This document shows, in pieces, positions 58,271 to 64,000 of a DNA stretch of 64,000 bases (position 1 is its first letter; each line of letters begins with the position of its first letter). The notes beneath the pieces were generated by a model, which saw nothing but the letters and a program-made list of their open reading frames with translations, searched no databases and had not been told where the DNA came from. Origin of the DNA: an uncultured delta proteobacterium (GTDB lineage: Bacteria > Myxococcota > Myxococcia > SLRQ01). The stretch is taken from contig CAVSGM010000003.1 of the NCBI GenBank assembly GCA_963727485.1, positions 726,636-790,635 of the forward strand, written 5' to 3'. The translations under genes and the position numbers were made by a program.

Positions 58271-58417
58271 TCGGGGGGTAGAGGAGCCGAGGATAGCACG
58301 GGCGGGCGGGGTGCGGCGGGGGTGGGGGATGGGGCCCGGGATGCCGGGGGGTTGGCCCGGCTCGGGGGGCGCGCGGGGCCCGGCGGGGCGGGGTGGGACC
58401 AGGCGGGCGCTTCGGCG

Positions 58418-58447
58418 TTGACAGGGGGCGCCAAGAGGTCCTATACG
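58418..58447 (+). promoter_or_regulatory. Sigma70-like promoter of tRNA-Asn
   Basis: TTGACA-18 bp-TATACG about 65 bp upstream of the tRNA. Confidence 0.5.
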
Positions 58448-58513
58448 TGCGGGCTCCCGGGCGGTACCGGGGCTCCGAGGAGCCTCGGTTGCGGGCCTGG
58501 GAAGCACGGATAT

Positions 58514-58586
58514 TCCGCAGTAGCTCAGTTGGCAGAGCGGGTGGCTGTTAACCACTAGGTCGGGGGTTCAAGTCCCTCCTGCGGAG
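58514..58586 (+). tRNA. tRNA-Asn (GTT)
   Basis: Acceptor stem TCCGCAG/CTGCGGA, D-arm GCTC/GAGC, anticodon arm GTGG-CTGTTAA-CCAC, T-loop GTTCAAGT; CCA not encoded. Confidence 0.96.
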
Positions 58587-58917
58587 CTAACCTCCAGGGA
58601 TGCCCCGTCCGCCGTGTCGGCGGGGCATCCTGTTGCTTGCCCGGACTCGGCCGGTTGCCTGCAGCGGCGTCAGCGACGATGGCGGCTGGCCAAGCAGTCG
58701 TGGGCGGAACGTCCTTGGCGAAGCCTCTGGGCGGTTCTCGGGCATTAGCCTAGGCGGTGGCAATGACTTCGGCTGCCAGTCGAGGTAAGGTCCCCGATGC
58801 AATGCCCACTATCCCCGAAAGTGCGCGCCACGAAGCGCCTGTCGCCAGACATGCGCCGCCTCCTCAAGTCCGTGTTCGAGAGCACCGTACGCGAGATGGG
58901 CGAGGAACAGTTCCACT

Positions 58918-59196
58918 ATGTCGGAGCGGAAGTTTCTCGACCGCAAGCTAGACGCCGTGGCCGCGTCCCGGATTGCCTGGGTGCGACGCCTTGCGGCCGC
59001 CATGGCGGTCCTACATGAAGTCTATCAGGCCCATTCACGGGGCGAGTTGGAGCTTCCGAAGCGGGCCTTGGCGACAATCGGCGCAGCGCTCTACTACTTC
59101 GTGAATCCATCCGACATCATCCCGGACCACGTGCCTGGACGGGGCTACCTCGACGACGCGTACGTGCTTGAGTTGTGCGTCGGTGCGGTATCCTAA
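58918..59196 (+). CDS. YkvA/DUF1232 family protein, 5' part probably frameshifted
   Basis: AALYYFVNPSDIIPDHVPGRGYLDD. Confidence 0.85.
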   Translation: MSERKFLDRKLDAVAASRIAWVRRLAAAMAVLHEVYQAHSRGELELPKRALATIGAALYYFVNPSDIIPDHVPGRGYLDDAYVLELCVGAVS

Positions 59197-59231
59197 ATGG
59201 TGCCCGACTTGTTTGAGTGACTGACTACGCA

Positions 59232-59858
59232 ATGCCTCCTCTGAATGATGTCTGGAAGACGTTTCAGCAGAAGATTGGAATCTACTATCTCGGTAGATTC
59301 GATGACATTCCTCCGGTTCCGGGAGCCTACGCCTGGTTCTATCCGCTACGAATCCAAACCCATGTGCTAGAGGAGTTCTTGGCGGATGTTCGGGCGGCCC
59401 ACCGGTATGATGCTCGAAGTCGAGGAGCCTTCACTAGCTGGGCCACTTTCCCTTCGGCTGGGACAGACTGGGTTGGTCCGTGAACCTCGACCCGCTTGAT
59501 GCGCCGATCGCAGCCGATGCCGCGCGCGCTTGGGACGAGATTGTTGCAGACGAACCGGCATTCGAGGCACTGAGGCGAACGGTCTTGAGGGCCAGTCTGC
59601 TCATGCCCCCGCTCTACGTCGGGAAGGCAATGAACTTGCGCTCACGGTGCTTCCAACATCTGGATGGAAATTCTTCGGACTTTTCGGAACGCTACGTGAA
59701 GTACGCTAGAGGACTCCAAGCTGAATGCCCGGTTGGTCTCCAATCTGATACTTGCGTGCGTTCGGATGGATGGCGATGTGTCATCGGTCGCAAATTCTGA
59801 GCACTTGGTGGAAGAAATACTCAAGGCGGCAGCGCGTCCGCCGTATGGAATTCGGTAA
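59232..59858 (+). CDS. GIY-YIG-like nuclease (SspF-like?), frameshifted
   Basis: IPPVPGAYAW...PLYVGKAMNLRSR..QH...EHLVEEIL. Confidence 0.65.
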
Positions 59859-59883
59859 CCCTCCCCCAGAAGGAGACTGATCG

Positions 59884-61689
59884 ATGGAGGCATTCCCCCC
59901 CCGGCACAGTATGATCCGTACAATCAGAGCGCCTTCGGCTACTACGGCGAGCTGGGCTCGGGCGCTAATGCTAGGATCAAGTCGTTCAGTCCGCGATCAC
60001 CCATGAGGATCTCGATCGCATCACCCTGATTCAGAACATACCTGGAAGCGAGACGTGGGACGTCCGGGACCTATTCCAGCGCGATGTCGATGTGGCTCGG
60101 GTGACGCGTGACCTTTTGCCGTACTTCAAGGATTCAAACAGGGTAAAGTACTTCATTCCCCTAACATTTGTGCTCCTTCCGTTGGCTGATGGACTGTCAA
60201 CGGTTGAGAAGGAGCTGCCCACAGTAGTCAAGTCCGAGATCGAGAAGAACAATCAGAATACACGCTCTACGAAGTTCCGGAGTTGTTTCGGTTCAGTGAG
60301 CACATCGAGTATCCCGCAATACTCGTAGGTTCATTGGAACGACCGGCGGGTGCGGGTAGTCGCATTGATGGCAGCATCGCCTGTCAGCGCTGAAGCGTTG
60401 GAAGGCGATCCGGAGGGTTGTGGTCCCTGCAGAGCTGGGTTATCCCGGTAGTGTTTCTTGGAATCGTCAGAGACCAGCCAGAGGTGTCTGCCGCAAATGT
60501 GCTCGAAATAGTCAGGAAGACCTTCGTATACATCAACAGTCGTGCCGAGACCGTCAATCAGGCCCGTCAAATCCTTCTGGATGACGAGAGTATCAGCTGC
60601 CTGTGTGTCCAAGAGGTTGTTGAGGCATCTCACAGGAACGACATCTTGGGTCCGGCGGAGCGAGACGCTTCAAGGCTGCCGCTGATGTTTTTGATCGGCG
60701 CGGTGAAGTGCGGAAAGGCCAGCCGTTCCAAGCCCCCGGGGCGGTCCAGAACATCGAGGAGCTGAAGGCCTGGATGGATGAGTACCTGATCGGCGCGGAC
60801 GGGGACAAGGATAGGAAGCAGGTGGCGAGACTTGAGCTGGAGGACCTCATCCCAGCGATCGATACCTCCGATCTGGCTGGTGTACGTCTCAGAGGATGCT
60901 ACCAGGATTCGGGGGAGGTTCCGGCAGACGGTCTATCCGGGCCTGTCGTACCTGCTTGAAGAGTTTCTGCCCTATAAGAACTACTGCGCAGAACTTCGAG
61001 GCCCGAGAGAAGAGCTCTCGGCAAGTCTGATCTGGCCAAACACGCCTTCAACAAGCTTCGCTTCGGAACGTTCAAGGCAAGCCAGGATTTCTGGAAGATG
61101 TCGAGGAGAAGTATCAGGAACTACTCGACGATATTCAGCGTATAACCAATAAGGCGTTTCCGGAGCTTGTCGCCTTCGATGTTGGGATGCGGGCGGTCGT
61201 AAGTGCCTTTGATTTCGTGAAGGAATACCGTGATGGACAGCCAAAGGAGACTTCAACTTGGCTTGAACATGCAAAGTGGTTGTTGGTGGTCTATATAAAC
61301 TTGTGTCAGAGGGATGGTGTCCGAGGGCTACGAGGATTGAGCCAGTCCTCGCAAGCGCCTGCTCACCCAGGGTGGTGTTTGATGCTTCTGGGGCTATCGT
61401 GCAGAGTGCAACCTTCAGGATGCCGGGCGTGCGTTCGGAACGCTCGTCGCTCTTCTTGTGGTGAGCCGCGCTTCCGACCAGGACGAGCTTACGGACGTCT
61501 GGCAGGAATACAGTGAGAATCTGCGGGTACCGCTTCGGCGCGGAGATCGCCAGCTAATCAGGGCGGAGCTGGCCAAGAGGTTCGAGGGGACAAATGTCCA
61601 GTTCAAGAATGAGGTGAATCGCCAGGCTGATGCTCGTGTCGACGAGCACCTTGAGGACCTCAAGGAGTACCTTGGGATCTCCCGACTGA
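59884..61689 (+). CDS. DndB-like DGQHR domain protein (SspG-like?), heavily frameshifted
   Basis: LFQRDVD..RV, YFIPLTF, gat-gg-cag-cat-cgc (DGQHR minus one base, 60367-60380), FVYINSRA. Confidence 0.7.
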
Positions 61690-61699
61690 CCTACGGGCT

Positions 61700-63301
61700 T
61701 TGCTTTCGCGGATTCCGGAGGCGGATTCCGCGCGTGCGGTCGACCCCCGGCTAGAGAAGCGCCTGGTGGGGATTGTCGGAAAGACTGGTGCGTCCAACAG
61801 AGACCTGCTCGTGGCCAGTCTCGTTTCTGGGGCGGGCTTTGCGCTTCTCCGAAACAAGGAGGTGCGGAAGGGCTTGTTTCGTCTGCTTCCGCCGGAGGAA
61901 CTTCAGGCTGTAGCTCACGATCTCAGGGGAAGGGTCTACGACAAGTCGGACGACAATGTCCTGGCCCTTGCCCGACTCCGCTGGGCCCCGGGATTCGATG
62001 TTGTAAACTGCTTAGCGCGACGCTTTGAAATTCCCTATCCCTCTCTTGCCCCGATGTCGAGCCAGAGGCTCCGGATGTGGAGACGATTGAGCCACGCGAA
62101 CCACTGCCTCCCCTCCACGACTACCAACACGAGGTAGTGCAGAAGGCGCGGAAGCTACTGTCTGACGGGCGCGCGTTTCTAATCCAGATGCCAACAGGAT
62201 CCGCAAAGACGCGCACGATGGTCGAGGCCTTGGGTGAGACCTACGGTGCTGGCATTGGTGGGGCAGCTGGTCTGGCTGGCCCATACGGAAGAACTCTGTG
62301 GCCAAGCCAGTGGAACCATTGAGCGTGTTTGGAGAGAGCGTGCGAGTGTCTCGATGCTACTGGTGAGGCTCTTTGGCGCACACAACCCACCGCCCTACTC
62401 CGTGGACGGGAGTGTTGTCGTCGCGAGTATACAGAAGCTCTACTCGAGACTGAAAATGAAGGACAACACCGCTCTTACCGTGGGCCGACAGGCAAGGGTT
62501 GCGGTGCTTGATGAGGCGCACAAGGCGCTAGCTCCCAGCTATCGGTTCGTTCTCGATGCGCTGCGAAAGGCTGGCGCAACCGTGGTGGGGCTTAGTGCAA
62601 CTCCAGGCCGGGGACTCCGGCGTGATGCGGAGAACCGAGATTCAGCCAGCTACTTCGGCGGCCGGCTCATCCAGCCATCGGTGGGAGAAGATGCTATCTC
62701 GGATTTTCAGGCCCAGGGCGTGCTGGCGGTAGTCAGGCGAAGGAGCGTATCTAGCGGCGTGGAAGTCGCAGTAGTCGGGGGATTCGCTAGGAGCTGTCTC
62801 TGGGATTCGACTACGGAACGTCTGTTCTGAAGAATCTCGCGAGGAGTCGCGGAGAAACAGGCTTCTCGTTGACCTTCTCGTGAGTGAGGTTCATGCGGGC
62901 AACCCGTGCCTCGTCTTTGCCTGCACGAGGGAGCACGCCCGGGTCCTAGCCGCCGCCGCAGCTGTCGCCGGTCTACGAGCTGGGTTCGTTGATGGCGAGA
63001 TGGACCGCGCCGACCGCAGGTTCACCGTTGAAGCATACCGACGTGGTGATCTGCACGTGCTAACGAACTTTGGCGTGCTGACTACAGGGTTCGACGCGCC
63101 AAGAACGCGGACCTCGTCATCATAGCCCGGCCGACGACCTCTGCGGTTCTCTACGGGCAAACGATTGGACGAGCCTCCGCGGGGCCCAAGGATGGGCGGT
63201 GGTGAGTCAGCTACCGTGATTGATGTCGAAGATAACTTCCAGCGCTTCGGCACGGTAGAAGGGAGCCACCGTGTTCGCAGGACTACTGGGGCTCTCGCTA
63301 G
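61700..63301 (+). CDS. DEAD/DEAH-box SF2 helicase (SspH-like?), frameshifted
   Basis: LHDYQ, MPTGSAKT, WLAH, DEAH, SATP, LVFA, LTTGFDAP. Confidence 0.85.
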
Positions 63302-64000
63302 AGAGTGCATATCAAGCAGGCCTCGTCTTCTTCATCTTCGTCGCCAAGGATGGACAGAAGGTTCGAAGAGGCCTTGTCCGTTACAGGCCTGTGGGCCGCG
63401 ATTCCCAACGAGGCGCTCGGGCCGCTCAAGCTCCGCAAGGCTTTCTTTCGCCTGCCACGTGTACCGGTCTCCCGTCGCCTCGTCGAACTTTTCGTAGGCC
63501 TTGGCCTTCTCGAAGAGGTCGGGGTGGCGCTCGCGCAAATCAGCCCATTCGCTCTTGCGCTGAAAGAAGCAGAAGTAGCAGCCGGAGCGAGAACGCCACT
63601 CGTAGTAGGTTGGCACTCCGACGCCCGACTCCTCGAGGATTCGAACATGTTAGCCTTGACCAGGCCTTCCTCCTTGAAGGGGTACTGGGCGTGGAGGTTG
63701 GGCTTGCTGGAGATGTACCCCTGCGTGATCCTCGTCGGCCCTCAGGCCAATGTAGTTGATGACGTGGTCCTCGCCGACGTACTCCTCAAAGGGCTTGATT
63801 TCAGCTGCCGGGTGCACCAGCGCATTCGAGATGACGGCAAATAGCCGCCGTACAGTTCGAGCCAGTGATCAAAACTCCGGTCGGCGTTCAGTCGGACGAT
63901 GGCCTTTCCCAGATAGGCTTCGAGCTTGTCGAGGTATTCGTACGTCTCGGGGAGTTCCTTCCGCGTGTCGCAGAATACGTACTCCATCTCGGGAATCCGG
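63298..64000 (-). CDS. PAPS reductase family protein (SspD-like), 5' truncated by the window edge, frameshifted
   Basis: FCDT..ELPETY, RWCTRQLK, YYEWRSRSGCYFCFFQ, C-terminal CLIC. Confidence 0.85.

Larger units (their letters stand above)
58587..64000. mobile_element. Lower-GC genomic (defence) island starting at the tRNA-Asn 3' end, running beyond the window
   Basis: Visible drop in GC and codon bias right after the tRNA; defence-type gene content; no integrase in the window. Confidence 0.65.

Overview
High-GC bacterial chromosome segment, most likely Myxococcota/Deltaproteobacteria (inferred from spoVG-prs-rplY-pth-rpsF-rpsR-rplI-dnaB synteny, DUF1844 and Cys-rich lipoproteins). Scattered single-base indels split several genes and look like long-read assembly errors. 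There are three zones. (1) About 0.4-17 kb is accessory: a complete IS630, immunity-like genes and a mosaic of repeated gene pieces (2 full and 1 partial lipocalin, an HNH gene plus its internally deleted copy, a duplicated ATPase 3' end). (2) About 17-58.6 kb is mostly housekeeping: cyclic beta-1,2-glucan synthase, repair, ribosomal and replication genes, membrane PPase, modABC, ending at tRNA-Asn. (3) 58.6-64 kb is a lower-GC island resembling an Ssp-type DNA phosphorothioation defence locus (GIY-YIG, DGQHR, helicase, convergent PAPS reductase). The best finding is missed by the ORF track: a DCC1/DUF393-like oxidoreductase at 37231-37611 in which both Cys of the YDGDCxxC motif are in-frame TGA codons (UGFU), followed by a bacterial-SECIS-like hairpin, i.e. 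a candidate double-selenocysteine protein. All calls come from reading motifs by eye; no searches were run.
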